Assembly (NCBI GenBank): GCA_030156535.1
Contig: JASGMJ010000005.1
Coordinates: 104,930 to 168,929 of the forward strand
DNA: 64,000 nucleotides
DNA from: Candidatus Sumerlaeota bacterium
Lineage (GTDB): Bacteria; Sumerlaeota; Sumerlaeia; SLMS01; JAHLLQ01
Direction: 5' to 3'
Each line of letters opens with the position of its first letter. The first letter of the stretch is position 1. The notes under the pieces are model-generated. The model saw only the letters and a program-made list of their open reading frames with translations, was not told the origin of the DNA and searched no databases. The position numbers and the translations under genes are program-made. Positions 12,258 through 21,128 of this stretch are shown piece by piece.

Positions 12258-12739
12258 TTCCCCCGTCCGGGCAGCCCGAGGCGGACGCCTTCTGGATGGA
12301 CCGTGCGCTGGGGCAGGCGCGTCTGGCCGCCGGGCGCGGCGAAGTCCCCATCGGCTGCGTCATTGTGCGCGGCGGCGAACTCCTCGCCAGCGCCCACGAC
12401 GGCAAGGAACTCTTCTGGGAACCCACGGCGCACGCGGAGATTCTCGCCATCCGTCAGGCGGCAGCCCGCGCGGGCGACTGGCGCCTGGATGGCGCCACGC
12501 TCTACGTGACGCTCGAGCCCTGCCCCATGTGCGCCGGGGCGATGCTCCACGCGCGCATTGCCCGGCTCGTGTACGGCGCCTCCAACCCACGCTGGGGCGC
12601 GTGCTCGGGCGCGTGCAACCTGCTGGCGGACACGCGGTTCAATCATCGAGTGGAAATTCATGCAGGGGTGCGCGAGGAGGCCTGCGCGGCGCTGCTGCGC
12701 GAGACCTTTCGCCAATGGAGGCGTGCCAAGCGCGGCTAG
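12254..12739 (+). CDS. tadA: tRNA-specific adenosine deaminase
   Basis: HAEILAI and PCPMCAGA zinc-binding motifs. The N-terminus AFWMDRALGQARLAAGRGEVPIGCVIV aligns with E. coli TadA ([26 protein letters not shown]). The GTG at 12254 overlaps the upstream TGA; an alternative ATG is at 12296. Confidence 0.8.
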   Translation: MIPPSGQPEADAFWMDRALGQARLAAGRGEVPIGCVIVRGGELLASAHDGKELFWEPTAHAEILAIRQAAARAGDWRLDGATLYVTLEPCPMCAGAMLHARIARLVYGASNPRWGACSGACNLLADTRFNHRVEIHAGVREEACAALLRETFRQWRRAKRG

Positions 12740-13324
12740 AAAGTCTCTTTTCGAGACTCTCATTTGCCGAATGTTGTCGGTTTGCAAAGAATTTCCCCTC
12801 GACCTCGGTCTCGAAATTGGATAACTGGGCAGCGGTTTCTCCCCTCGTTTCCGATGGTGTGGCGCGCGGTTCCAGCATTCAAGAGAGGCACTCCGGGAGC
12901 CTCCGTGTCGTCTGTGGAACGAGCAGACTCCCTCTCATCTGGCAGCGGGACGCCTTGAGAAAAGCCAAGTTGCCTCATCATTTCGAGCGCCGGGCGGACG
13001 GCGTGAGCAGCACCAGGGAGGGGCGGTTGTCCGATTACAAATGCCCAACTCGATACCGTTCACAGAACTGGTTGCCGGAAATCAGGATTGAGAGCGTGAG
13101 GGCAAATGTGAATGGCACAGGATTCGTTCATATGATCTCAGACGCGTTACCGGATACTTGTTCCAAATCAACGAGTGGACGGCAACGTTGCAGGTGAAGG
13201 GTAGAAGTCCCGCACCCGGCAATCAAGAGTCTCTTGGCAGAACGGAAATTCGGTCTTCCGACAGAAATTCCGTTTTCGTCTTCTCCCGGACTCTTTGGTG
13301 CAGGCACCACAGCTTCCAGACAGG

Positions 13325-14122
13325 ATGAAGTCTACAATGAGCACGAATTTTTTTCAGGACGCTTTGCGTCAGGCCATGACAAGCCGACACTTCAATCAGG
13401 CGCAGCTTGCCGAATTCCTGCGTGTTGACCCCGCCTACGTTTCGCGCTGGCTCAAAGGGTCGAGTCCCCGCATCGACCAGATGCGCGCCGTCCTGATCGC
13501 GCTGGGTTGGGATTTGGACCGGGCGCGCCCGGACTATGATGCCTTCAACGATGCGCTGGCGCAGTTGTCAACGCAACCGGGCGCCGTGCTCCCCGGCGAA
13601 AAGGGGAAGAGCAAGTCCCCCGAAAACGTGAAGGAAATCAAGAGCCTGCTGGAGAACGCAGCCGTTCAACACAAGCGCCTCGCTTCTCCCCCGGTGGAAA
13701 ACATCGGGATTCTCAAGGCTGAGACGGCCACGTTGGTCCTCAATGAGGCCAAGCCCACCGAGAGCTTCGAGTCCCTCAGCGAAATGTTTCCGCCCATCGA
13801 CTTCGCCGCCAACGAGCTGGTGATCGTCACCGTCGAGGGAGACGAACTCGCCCCGGTTCACACAGCCGGAACACGTCTGGTGCTACGGAAGATCCTCAAG
13901 CCCAATGGCGTACCCAACGACACGCAGGTCGCGATGGAGCCGGTGCACCAGACCGGAACATTCCATCTGCGCCGGCTCGTGCGGGTGGAAGTGGGACGCT
14001 CAGGGCGGGTCGACCGCCTCATGGGACTGCCGCTGACGGATCGCCAGGACTACCTGTTCTTCAAGCCCCGCGAGGTGCGTCTGGCCTGGGCTGTGGTCGG
14101 CGCCATCGAGAAACTGGCGTAA
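13325..14122 (+). CDS. XRE-family HTH regulator with a C-terminal LexA/S24-like domain that appears catalytically inactive
   Basis: N-terminal HTH FNQAQLAEFLRVDPAYVSRWLKG. The C-terminal beta-domain aligns by eye to the LexA S24 fold, but the Ser-Lys dyad positions read GDEL and LRRL instead of GxSM and VKRL. Confidence 0.6.
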   Translation: MKSTMSTNFFQDALRQAMTSRHFNQAQLAEFLRVDPAYVSRWLKGSSPRIDQMRAVLIALGWDLDRARPDYDAFNDALAQLSTQPGAVLPGEKGKSKSPENVKEIKSLLENAAVQHKRLASPPVENIGILKAETATLVLNEAKPTESFESLSEMFPPIDFAANELVIVTVEGDELAPVHTAGTRLVLRKILKPNGVPNDTQVAMEPVHQTGTFHLRRLVRVEVGRSGRVDRLMGLPLTDRQDYLFFKPREVRLAWAVVGAIEKLA

Positions 14123-14155
14123 CGGCCCACCTGACAACGACACGAAAAGTTCAAC

Positions 14156-14190
14156 GGGCCGGCCTTGCGCCGGCCCTTGCGTTTTTGCCC
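14156..14190. terminator. Bidirectional intrinsic terminator between convergent genes
   Basis: Stem GGGCCGGC / GCCGGCCC (8 bp) with loop CTTGC, followed by TTGCGTTTTTGCCC. It lies between the stop at 14122 (+) and the stop at 14197 (-). Confidence 0.6.
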
Positions 14191-14196
14191 CCGAAG

Positions 14197-15501
14197 CTAC
14201 TCGGCGAGCAACTCGTCGAGGGCGTTCGGAATTGCGATCCCCGGCAGGTCCATCGCCGCAATGCGTCCCGAGCGATCCACGAGCACAACGCGCGGCAGGC
14301 GACTGACTCCCAGCATCTGCGCCGCCTCCGAGTGGAAACCGTTCCCCTCGAAAATCTGCCGGTCCGTGAAACCCGATTGATCCTGATAGCGCTTCAGGGC
14401 CTCCGCGGTGCGGTCGAGACTGACCCCGACGACCTTGACTCCGTTGGTGCGGTAAGGCTCGACGAGTGGGAGGAGTTGATCGATCAGTTCGCGTGATTCC
14501 GGGCTCCATGATGCCCAGTAGACAAAGAGGACCGGCGCGCCGCGGAACTGATCGATGTTGACGAGTTCCTTGTTCAGGTCGTCTGACTTCTGAAAACGCG
14601 GGAAGTACGTCCGGCGTGCCGGGGGGATCAGCAGGCTCCCGCGGGTCAGGGGTTCCTTGCGGTCGCTGGCGCTGTACAAACGGCGCATGGTCGCCAAACG
14701 GTCGGCGAGCAGATCGGACGACGGATTCTCGATGATGCGGTCCACCTCGCGGGGCGAGAGCGTGGTGGCCTGCGTGCCCGATTCCGCGAAGGCGCTGGCT
14801 TCCGAAGTGCCGGGTGATGGCGTCGGGTTCCCCGCCGAGTCGCGAAAGCTGCGCGCCCACAGCACGAACGTCAACGCGTTGTGCTGGGTCTGTCCCGAAC
14901 GGCGGTCAAGTTCGTCCGTCCCCGAGAGAACGATCAGCCCCTTGCCCCAACGACGCGTCACAATCACCGGATGCTTTCCCACCGCCGTGCGGTAGTGGGC
15001 CTGCCAGGTGCCGTCCTCCAACTCGAAGCGCCGGATGCCTTTCGCGCAATGCCAGACGTTGCCGTCCAGCGGCCCCTGGCCCACCTTCTCCGGGATGATC
15101 TCGCCCTCGACAATCGTGTCCGTGCAGCGGAATCCGAAGCGTTTGCCCAGGTAGTTGAAGTTTTCCAGCGTGACGGGAGTCGCACCCGGCGATGCGATCA
15201 GGATAATCACCGAGCCCGTCGTTGCCGCGCTGTCGAAGGCTTCCATGTCGTCGCGGAACAACTCCGCGCCCGGCGGAAACTGATCGGCGTAAACAACTGC
15301 CGAAGAGTACACCCGGGGACGATCCAGCGGAAAGCCGGCGGCCACCAGGCGCAGGCGCGTATTCCCGACGCGGATTTCCTTCTCCCCCTCGGGCCGTGCA
15401 TAGAAGCCCAGGAGAATGGAGACGGCACTCTGCGGGAGGACGGGAACCGTCAGCAGGGCGAAAAGAAGAGCGGAAATCAGGGTGCGGCAACGAAGGTTCA
15501 T
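14197..15501 (-). CDS. Secreted protein with a C-terminal thioredoxin-like fold whose CxxC is degenerate
   Basis: Signal peptide MNLRCRTLISALLFALLTVPVLPQSAV. The C-terminal TlpA-like region reads VYWASWSPES in place of WCxxC. ATG at 15501. Confidence 0.6.
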   Translation of the reverse strand: MNLRCRTLISALLFALLTVPVLPQSAVSILLGFYARPEGEKEIRVGNTRLRLVAAGFPLDRPRVYSSAVVYADQFPPGAELFRDDMEAFDSAATTGSVIILIASPGATPVTLENFNYLGKRFGFRCTDTIVEGEIIPEKVGQGPLDGNVWHCAKGIRRFELEDGTWQAHYRTAVGKHPVIVTRRWGKGLIVLSGTDELDRRSGQTQHNALTFVLWARSFRDSAGNPTPSPGTSEASAFAESGTQATTLSPREVDRIIENPSSDLLADRLATMRRLYSASDRKEPLTRGSLLIPPARRTYFPRFQKSDDLNKELVNIDQFRGAPVLFVYWASWSPESRELIDQLLPLVEPYRTNGVKVVGVSLDRTAEALKRYQDQSGFTDRQIFEGNGFHSEAAQMLGVSRLPRVVLVDRSGRIAAMDLPGIAIPNALDELLAE

Positions 15502-15542
15502 GGTGGTCGTGTCGGCCGCGCCAAACCACGACGCGGACTGCG

Positions 15543-16682
15543 TCACTTGCCTCCGAGCACCAGGAGCCCGATAATGATGCCAATGCTCAGCATCGCAACT
15601 CCCACGAGGATGGCCACCATGATCGTGGTCTTCATCGAGGAAGGCGCGGCGGGCACCGGTGCCTGCGCGGGTGTGGATGCCGGCGCGGAAGCGGCGGCGG
15701 GCTTTGCTGCGGGGGCCTTGGCTTCCTGCGGCGGCGCCTGGGCGGGGTCGAAGGCAGCGAGGGAATCGGGAAGTTTCTTGCCGTTGAGCCAGCGGTCCAA
15801 CAGGTCCGCCACCACTCCGGCGTCGCCAATGCGGTCCTTGGGGTGCTTGGCCAGCATCCCGAGGACGACCTGCTCGACCACTTCCGGAATGCCTGGTTCG
15901 ATCTCACGCAGGGGCTTGGGCGCTTTCTGGACGATGTTGCGCATCGTCTTCAGATCGTCGGGCCCGATGAACGGGTGTTCGCCCGTCAGCATTTCGTAGC
16001 ACACCGTGCCGAGCGAAAAGACGTCGGCACGGCCGTCGGGCTGGACCTTGAACTGATCGGTGATCTGCTCGGGGGCCATGTAGGCGGGCGTACCGACGGC
16101 AAAGCCACTTGCTGTCAGCGTTTCGTCCTTCTGCCCTTTTGCGAGACCGAAGTCGGTGAGCACCACGCGGTCGGTGCCGCGCTCGATCAGAATGTTGCCG
16201 GGCTTGATGTCGCGGTGCAGGATGCCCTTGCTGTGCGTGTACTGCAACGCACCGGCGACGGTCTGAACGACACGGGCGGCCTCGCGGGGGTCCCACTTCT
16301 TGCCGCGCCGGCGCTCGCTTTCCAGATCGTAGCCGTCGATGTATTCAAGCGCGAGAAACTGAATCGGGCCGTCGTCGGCGAACTCATAGAGAGTCGCAAT
16401 GTGCGGATGGCGAATCTGGGCGAATGTGCGGGCTTCACGCTCGAAGCGCGCCAAGCTGTTGTCGCGCGTTGCGCGGTCGGGCGAGAGCGTCTTGAGGGCG
16501 ACTTTGCGGCCCAGCTTGGTGTCCCGGGCGAGATAGACAACGCCCATGCCGCCGCGGCCCAGCTCGCCGAGCAGCTCGTAGTTGCGTTGCGCAAAGACAG
16601 CCGCCAGACGATCGGAAGCCGACCCTCCGGGGTTGGCCTTGGTCACTGCGGGGTGTCGCTTGGGTCCGGGAGGGGTGGTCAT
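15543..16682 (-). CDS. Ser/Thr protein kinase with a C-terminal transmembrane anchor
   Basis: Gly loop LGRGGMGVVY, VALK, HRDIKPGNIL, DFG and APE motifs. It ends with a Pro/Ala-rich linker and the TM segment IMVAILVGVAMLSIGIIIGLLVLG. Confidence 0.85.
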   Translation of the reverse strand: MTTPPGPKRHPAVTKANPGGSASDRLAAVFAQRNYELLGELGRGGMGVVYLARDTKLGRKVALKTLSPDRATRDNSLARFEREARTFAQIRHPHIATLYEFADDGPIQFLALEYIDGYDLESERRRGKKWDPREAARVVQTVAGALQYTHSKGILHRDIKPGNILIERGTDRVVLTDFGLAKGQKDETLTASGFAVGTPAYMAPEQITDQFKVQPDGRADVFSLGTVCYEMLTGEHPFIGPDDLKTMRNIVQKAPKPLREIEPGIPEVVEQVVLGMLAKHPKDRIGDAGVVADLLDRWLNGKKLPDSLAAFDPAQAPPQEAKAPAAKPAAASAPASTPAQAPVPAAPSSMKTTIMVAILVGVAMLSIGIIIGLLVLGGK

Positions 16683-16991
16683 TGAAAATCCTCGGCGGAG
16701 GTTCGGTCGAGTGGATGAATACCGCCGTGCGTTTAGACCTCGAAAGATCGGAGAGGGAGCGGTGCAGGGCAATCAAAAGGCGACCATGCCAGTGGGAATT
16801 GCGGAATGGCCCGGAGGAAATGCAGCCAATCCGGCCGGATACCCAAACGCAATCACCTCCGATAATTCAAAAATAGGTCTGCGGGCTCGCCCTGCGTCAA
16901 GCCAACAGTCCAACCGGAGACGGACAACCCGATAACCCGGTTTCATCCCAAGAGCCCGCTGCATCCGCCGCCAACGGGATGCGCATCCGGC

Positions 16992-17816
16992 CTACCGCGG
17001 TGTTTCGCGCAGCAGCAGGCTCTTCTCGAAGGCCTGGAGCATGACGACGACGATGCCCACAGTCAGCACGCCAAGAGGCAGGACGAACCCGGCCAGCGCC
17101 ACGCTCTTGAGAAACGCCACGTTGGTCAGCGCCGTCAGCCACAGCCCCAGCGCGAAAACCTCCGCCTTGCCATAGGGCAGACTCCGCCGCGCCACGCCAT
17201 CGGCCAGCGCACGCCCCAGCACCGCCCCCGCCACCATCCCAGCCAGCGTGTACGAGGCGACCGTCTGCTGGCTTCCCCCGCTCAGCCACACGACCCCGGA
17301 GAGGGCCAGGCCGAACAGCGGTGCCCCCATCGGAACGAGGCTGACCAACTCCACGATGCTCGACAGCAGAAAGAGCCACAGCACCGTGAAGACGACGACC
17401 AGCAGCGGCGCGAGCGAGACCGTGCCGCTCCACGGCGCCGTAATGATGAAGACGGAAAAGCCGACGAAGCTGAGCACGATGCCGCTGCCCAGCAGGCCGA
17501 GCAGATGGCGCTCGCTCTTGGGGCGGCCAAAGTCACTCTTCAGTGCGGCGGCCAGCAGCGGTAGCGCAGCCAGCAGCAGCGGCCACAGGGCGGGACCCAC
17601 GCCGCGATTCTCGCCCGGCGGCAGGGGAAGCCGCTGCTGGAATGCGCCGAGCAACGCCGTCGCCACCGCCAGCCCCACCCACAGCCCCATGCCAATGCGC
17701 GTGGATCGCCCGCCCGGTTCGCCGTGCAAGGGCTTCTGGGTGCCGGCCGGGAGCACGGCGTGGGCCAGCGCCGTTGCCGCCAATGCCACGAGCAGGCTGA
17801 TCGGATAGGAGGTCAT
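16992..17816 (-). CDS. Polytopic membrane protein, function unknown
   Basis: About 8 TM helices. Its start overlaps the stop of the upstream GT2 gene by 4 nt (coupled). Confidence 0.55.
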   Translation of the reverse strand: MTSYPISLLVALAATALAHAVLPAGTQKPLHGEPGGRSTRIGMGLWVGLAVATALLGAFQQRLPLPPGENRGVGPALWPLLLAALPLLAAALKSDFGRPKSERHLLGLLGSGIVLSFVGFSVFIITAPWSGTVSLAPLLVVVFTVLWLFLLSSIVELVSLVPMGAPLFGLALSGVVWLSGGSQQTVASYTLAGMVAGAVLGRALADGVARRSLPYGKAEVFALGLWLTALTNVAFLKSVALAGFVLPLGVLTVGIVVVMLQAFEKSLLLRETPR

Positions 17817-18751
17817 GGCCTGCCCCCCTTCGCCGCCGCCTGGGCCGCATCGGGGGACTTGCGCCCCAGACGCTTGAGCCAGACCGCCCCAAGCTGCAGC
17901 ACGCAGCGCGTCGAGACCATTGCGATCGTCGCGAGATCAAGGAACAGCAGCTCGCGGCTGTAGTGCTTCTTGTAATACAAGTACATCGAGCGATGCCGCT
18001 CGAAGATCGGCATGAAGGGAAACGCCGAGGACGTTTGCCCAATGAAGTGCATGACCGTGGAGACGGGCAGGTAGGCCACACGCCACCCGGCCTCCCAGAC
18101 GCGCAGGCAGTAGTCCACGTCCTCGCTGTACATGAAGAAGCGCTCGTCGAGTCCGCCGATCTGCTCGTAGACGTCGCGGCGGATGATGAGGCACGCGCCG
18201 CTGACCCAATCGACGTCGCGGATTTCGTCCTCATCGAGATCGGTCATCAGGTAGCCGGCCGAGTAGGGGTTGTTCGGAAACAGACGGGTCAGCAGGCTGT
18301 AGCGGTTGAAAAGCGCCTGCTGGAAACTGGGGAAGCGGCGGCAGGACAACTGGCGCGATCCGTCGGGGTTGAGCAGCTTGAGGCCGGAGGCGCCGATGTC
18401 GCTGCGGGCATCCATGGCCCGGACGGCCTCGGCAAAGCAGCCGGGACTGCTGACCGTGTCGTTGTTGAGCAGAACGAGGTAGCGTCCGGCCGCCACGGCC
18501 AGCCCCTGGTTGTTGGCGCCGGTAAAGCCCCGGTTCTCGCCGTTGGCGATCAGACGGACTTTGGGGAACTCGCGACGCACCATCTCCTGGCTGCCGTCGG
18601 TGCTGCCATTGTCGACGACGATGGCCTCCCACGTTACGCCCTCGCAGGCGGGGGCCAGACTCTGGAGGCAGGCCCGCAGCAACTCCACGCCGTTGCGATG
18701 GACGACAATCAGCGAAACATCGCACGCCCCCCTGGCTTCCCGCTGCTGCAT
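17813..18751 (-). CDS. GT2 family glycosyltransferase
   Basis: SLIVVHRNG, VVDNGSTDGS and the DxD-like NNDTV. The ATG (MQQREARG) at 18751 overlaps the stop of the upstream GT2 gene (TGATG). Confidence 0.8.
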   Translation of the reverse strand: MQQREARGACDVSLIVVHRNGVELLRACLQSLAPACEGVTWEAIVVDNGSTDGSQEMVRREFPKVRLIANGENRGFTGANNQGLAVAAGRYLVLLNNDTVSSPGCFAEAVRAMDARSDIGASGLKLLNPDGSRQLSCRRFPSFQQALFNRYSLLTRLFPNNPYSAGYLMTDLDEDEIRDVDWVSGACLIIRRDVYEQIGGLDERFFMYSEDVDYCLRVWEAGWRVAYLPVSTVMHFIGQTSSAFPFMPIFERHRSMYLYYKKHYSRELLFLDLATIAMVSTRCVLQLGAVWLKRLGRKSPDAAQAAAKGGRP

Positions 18752-19722
18752 CACTTTCGGCTCCGGCCCTTCCCCGGTGGCTCCAGGCGGACTGTGCGGT
18801 CGCGGAATCCCCACGCGAGCGTGCGCTTCTTCAGCCAGAAGCGCGCGCCGCTGAGCAGGTGCTCGACCGTCAGGCGATTGAAGCCTTCGGCGCTCTTGCG
18901 CTGCACCTTGTGAATGATGCGCGCTTGGGGGTTGAACGCAATTTTCCACTTCAGCCGCTTGGCCCGCCAGCACCAGTCGGTGTCCTCGAAGCCGAAGTAG
19001 TAGCGGTCGTCGAAGAGGCCGACCTGTTCGATGGCCTCGCGCCTCATGCAGAAGCAGGCCCCCGCCACCCAGTCGCCGTAGTAGGGATGCTCGGGGTCGC
19101 GGTCCATCATCAGGTGGCGCCGGTTCCAGGGGTTCTCCGGCCAAATTTTGGCGATCAGCGAGCGGCGCGCGATGATCGTCGGGAGCGTGTAGAAGCGCTT
19201 GACGTTGCGCTCGAGCGATCCGTCCAGGCGGTGCGTGTTCCCCCCGCAGGCCCCCACCTTCGGATAGAGGTCCATGAACTGCACCAGGGCGTCGAAGCAC
19301 CCGGGCAGCACCTCGGTGTCGGCATCGAGCATCAGGCAGTAGCGCCCGCGTGCCGCGCGAATACCCACGTTGCGCATCTCGGCAATACCAAAGACGTCGT
19401 GGGAAATCAGGCGCATCCACGGATTGGCGGCGCACAACTCCTCGGTGCCGTCGCCGCTGGGTTTGTTGACGACGATCACCTCGACGCCACAGGAAACCTG
19501 ATGATGCCGAATGCTCGGCACGACCCCTTGAAGGTCTTTCCCCATGCGCCAGTTAATCAGCACGACCGAGAGGTCGGGCCGGGGGGCGTTTTCCCGCACA
19601 AAGGCCGCTGCGGATGCCTCCACAGTGGTCACGGGGGGAGCGGCTGTCCTCTCCGCAAGACGGGGAGCGGAAACCGGCAAGGCGTTTGCATCATGTGGTG
19701 CGGCGGAGGGTTCCACGGCCAC
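18751..19722 (-). CDS. GT2 family glycosyltransferase
   Basis: LSVVLINWR, VVNKPSGDG and the DxD motif LDADTEV. The start is uncertain: GTG at 19722 or one of several internal GTG/TTG codons. Confidence 0.7.
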   Translation of the reverse strand: MAVEPSAAPHDANALPVSAPRLAERTAAPPVTTVEASAAAFVRENAPRPDLSVVLINWRMGKDLQGVVPSIRHHQVSCGVEVIVVNKPSGDGTEELCAANPWMRLISHDVFGIAEMRNVGIRAARGRYCLMLDADTEVLPGCFDALVQFMDLYPKVGACGGNTHRLDGSLERNVKRFYTLPTIIARRSLIAKIWPENPWNRRHLMMDRDPEHPYYGDWVAGACFCMRREAIEQVGLFDDRYYFGFEDTDWCWRAKRLKWKIAFNPQARIIHKVQRKSAEGFNRLTVEHLLSGARFWLKKRTLAWGFRDRTVRLEPPGKGRSRK

Positions 19723-19810
19723 CTTTTCCTGCCAAAACTGTCATTTTGCCCGGCAGCACCACGGCGCGTACCGAACTCTCCCGGAACATAAAAACACCAG
19801 GAGTCACCAA

Positions 19811-20437
19811 ATGGTTGGGACATTGAGAGCATGGGATGGAGCCGAAACAACGGAAAAGGCTCAGCGGGCGCTCGAACGCCTGAAGGAAACATTCAAGGTG
19901 GAAAGCCTTCCGGCAAGTCTGGCAGAGCTGGCCCATTCGGAATCGGGCATCAATGATCTGTACATGAATTTGAAGCGTCAGCTCGAAGGCGGCAAGGTGG
20001 AGCAGAAAGACAAGCTCCTGATCGCCATTGGCGTGGCCACTGCCGCGGGCTCGCGCGACGCAGTGACCTTCCTCGGCGCCGCCGCCCGCGAGGCAGGCGT
20101 CACGCCCCAGCAGATCGCCGACGCCATTGGCGTGGCCACTGTCTGCACCCTGTTCAACAGCTACTACAAGTTCCGCCATCTGGCGCAGGATGAGGCATTC
20201 GAAGCCTTCAAGGCGCCGTTCAATGCGAACTCCTTCATGAAGACGGAACTCTCGCCCGTCCAGACGGAACTGCTCAACATCGCGATTTCCACCTTCAACG
20301 GCTGCGACGTCTGCGTGAAGGGGCACCTGAACAAAACCCGTGCGCTCGGCGTGAGCGACGAGCAGATTGACGAGACCATCAAGGTCGGCGCCATCGCCAC
20401 CGCCCTTGCCGCCGCCTGCGGAGCCATGAGCGCCTGA
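19811..20437 (+). CDS. ahpD: AhpD-like alkylhydroperoxidase / carboxymuconolactone decarboxylase family protein
   Basis: AhpD catalytic motif C-x2-C-x3-H present as NGCDVCVKGH. AGGAG sits 8 nt before the ATG at 19811. It lies immediately upstream of the peroxiredoxin gene. Confidence 0.7.
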   Translation: MVGTLRAWDGAETTEKAQRALERLKETFKVESLPASLAELAHSESGINDLYMNLKRQLEGGKVEQKDKLLIAIGVATAAGSRDAVTFLGAAAREAGVTPQQIADAIGVATVCTLFNSYYKFRHLAQDEAFEAFKAPFNANSFMKTELSPVQTELLNIAISTFNGCDVCVKGHLNKTRALGVSDEQIDETIKVGAIATALAAACGAMSA

Positions 20438-20541
20438 GCCACCCGCAAAACACGGCCGCCCCGCGGCCGGAACAGAGATCGCGACCACCCCGGGCAAGAC
20501 CCGGTTGTCGGCAACAAACTGCATCCCAAGGAGACACGTAA

Positions 20542-21066
20542 ATGATTCAGATCGGCCAAAAGGCCCCGGAATTCGAGTGCAAGGCCCTCGTCGGGACCGA
20601 GTTCAAGTCCATCAAACTGAGCGACTACAAAGGCAAGTGGGTCTGCCTTTACTTCTACCCCCTCGACTTCACGTTCGTCTGCCCCACGGAAATCAAGGCA
20701 TTCAGCGACATGGTCCCCGAGTTTGAGGATCGCGACTGCGTCGTGCTCGGCGGAAGCTGCGACAGCGAGTTCAGCCACCTGGGCTGGGTAAACTCCAAGA
20801 GCGAGCTGAAGGACCTGAAGCACCCCCTCATCTCCGACTACACCAAGCAGATCTCCGCAAGCCTCGGCATCCTTGACGCCGCCAAGGGCGTCTCGCACCG
20901 CGCCACGTTCCTCATCGACCCCGAGGGCATCGTGCGTTTCATCTACGTCACCGACCTCAACGTGGGCCGCAGCCCCGACGAGGTGATCCGCGTGCTCGAC
21001 GCTCTGCAGACCGACGAGCTGTGCCCGTGCAACTGGAAGAAGGGCGCGGAGACGATCAGCGTCTGA
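20542..21066 (+). CDS. ahpC: 2-Cys peroxiredoxin (AhpC/Tsa family)
   Basis: Peroxidatic motif FTFVCPTEI, resolving Cys in DELCPCNW, and AGGAGA before the ATG. Confidence 0.9.
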   Translation: MIQIGQKAPEFECKALVGTEFKSIKLSDYKGKWVCLYFYPLDFTFVCPTEIKAFSDMVPEFEDRDCVVLGGSCDSEFSHLGWVNSKSELKDLKHPLISDYTKQISASLGILDAAKGVSHRATFLIDPEGIVRFIYVTDLNVGRSPDEVIRVLDALQTDELCPCNWKKGAETISV

Positions 21067-21096
21067 TCCGGATACCGCGCAACGTCCAAGCTCCGG

Positions 21097-21128
21097 CCGG
21101 CCCCGCAACGGGCCGGTCGTTTTTGTTT
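21097..21128. terminator. Intrinsic terminator between the convergent ahpC gene and the membrane protein gene
   Basis: Stem CCGGCCC / GGGCCGG with loop CGCAAC, followed by TCGTTTTTGTTT. Confidence 0.6.

Noticed and set aside
12529-13197. 222-aa ORF running from inside tadA through the AT-rich island
   Set aside because: It sits in a different frame from tadA over the shared part. There is no ATG in the island portion, and the composition (Ser, Arg, Cys) is unlike the genome's proteins. The 152 stop-free codons are statistically unusual (about 1 % by chance), so the region is flagged as a finding but not called as a CDS.
16682-16876. 64-aa plus-strand ORF in the 309-bp spacer upstream of the membrane kinase
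   Set aside because: It has a TTG start sharing bases with the kinase start codon, no RBS and no family resemblance. It is probably promoter sequence.
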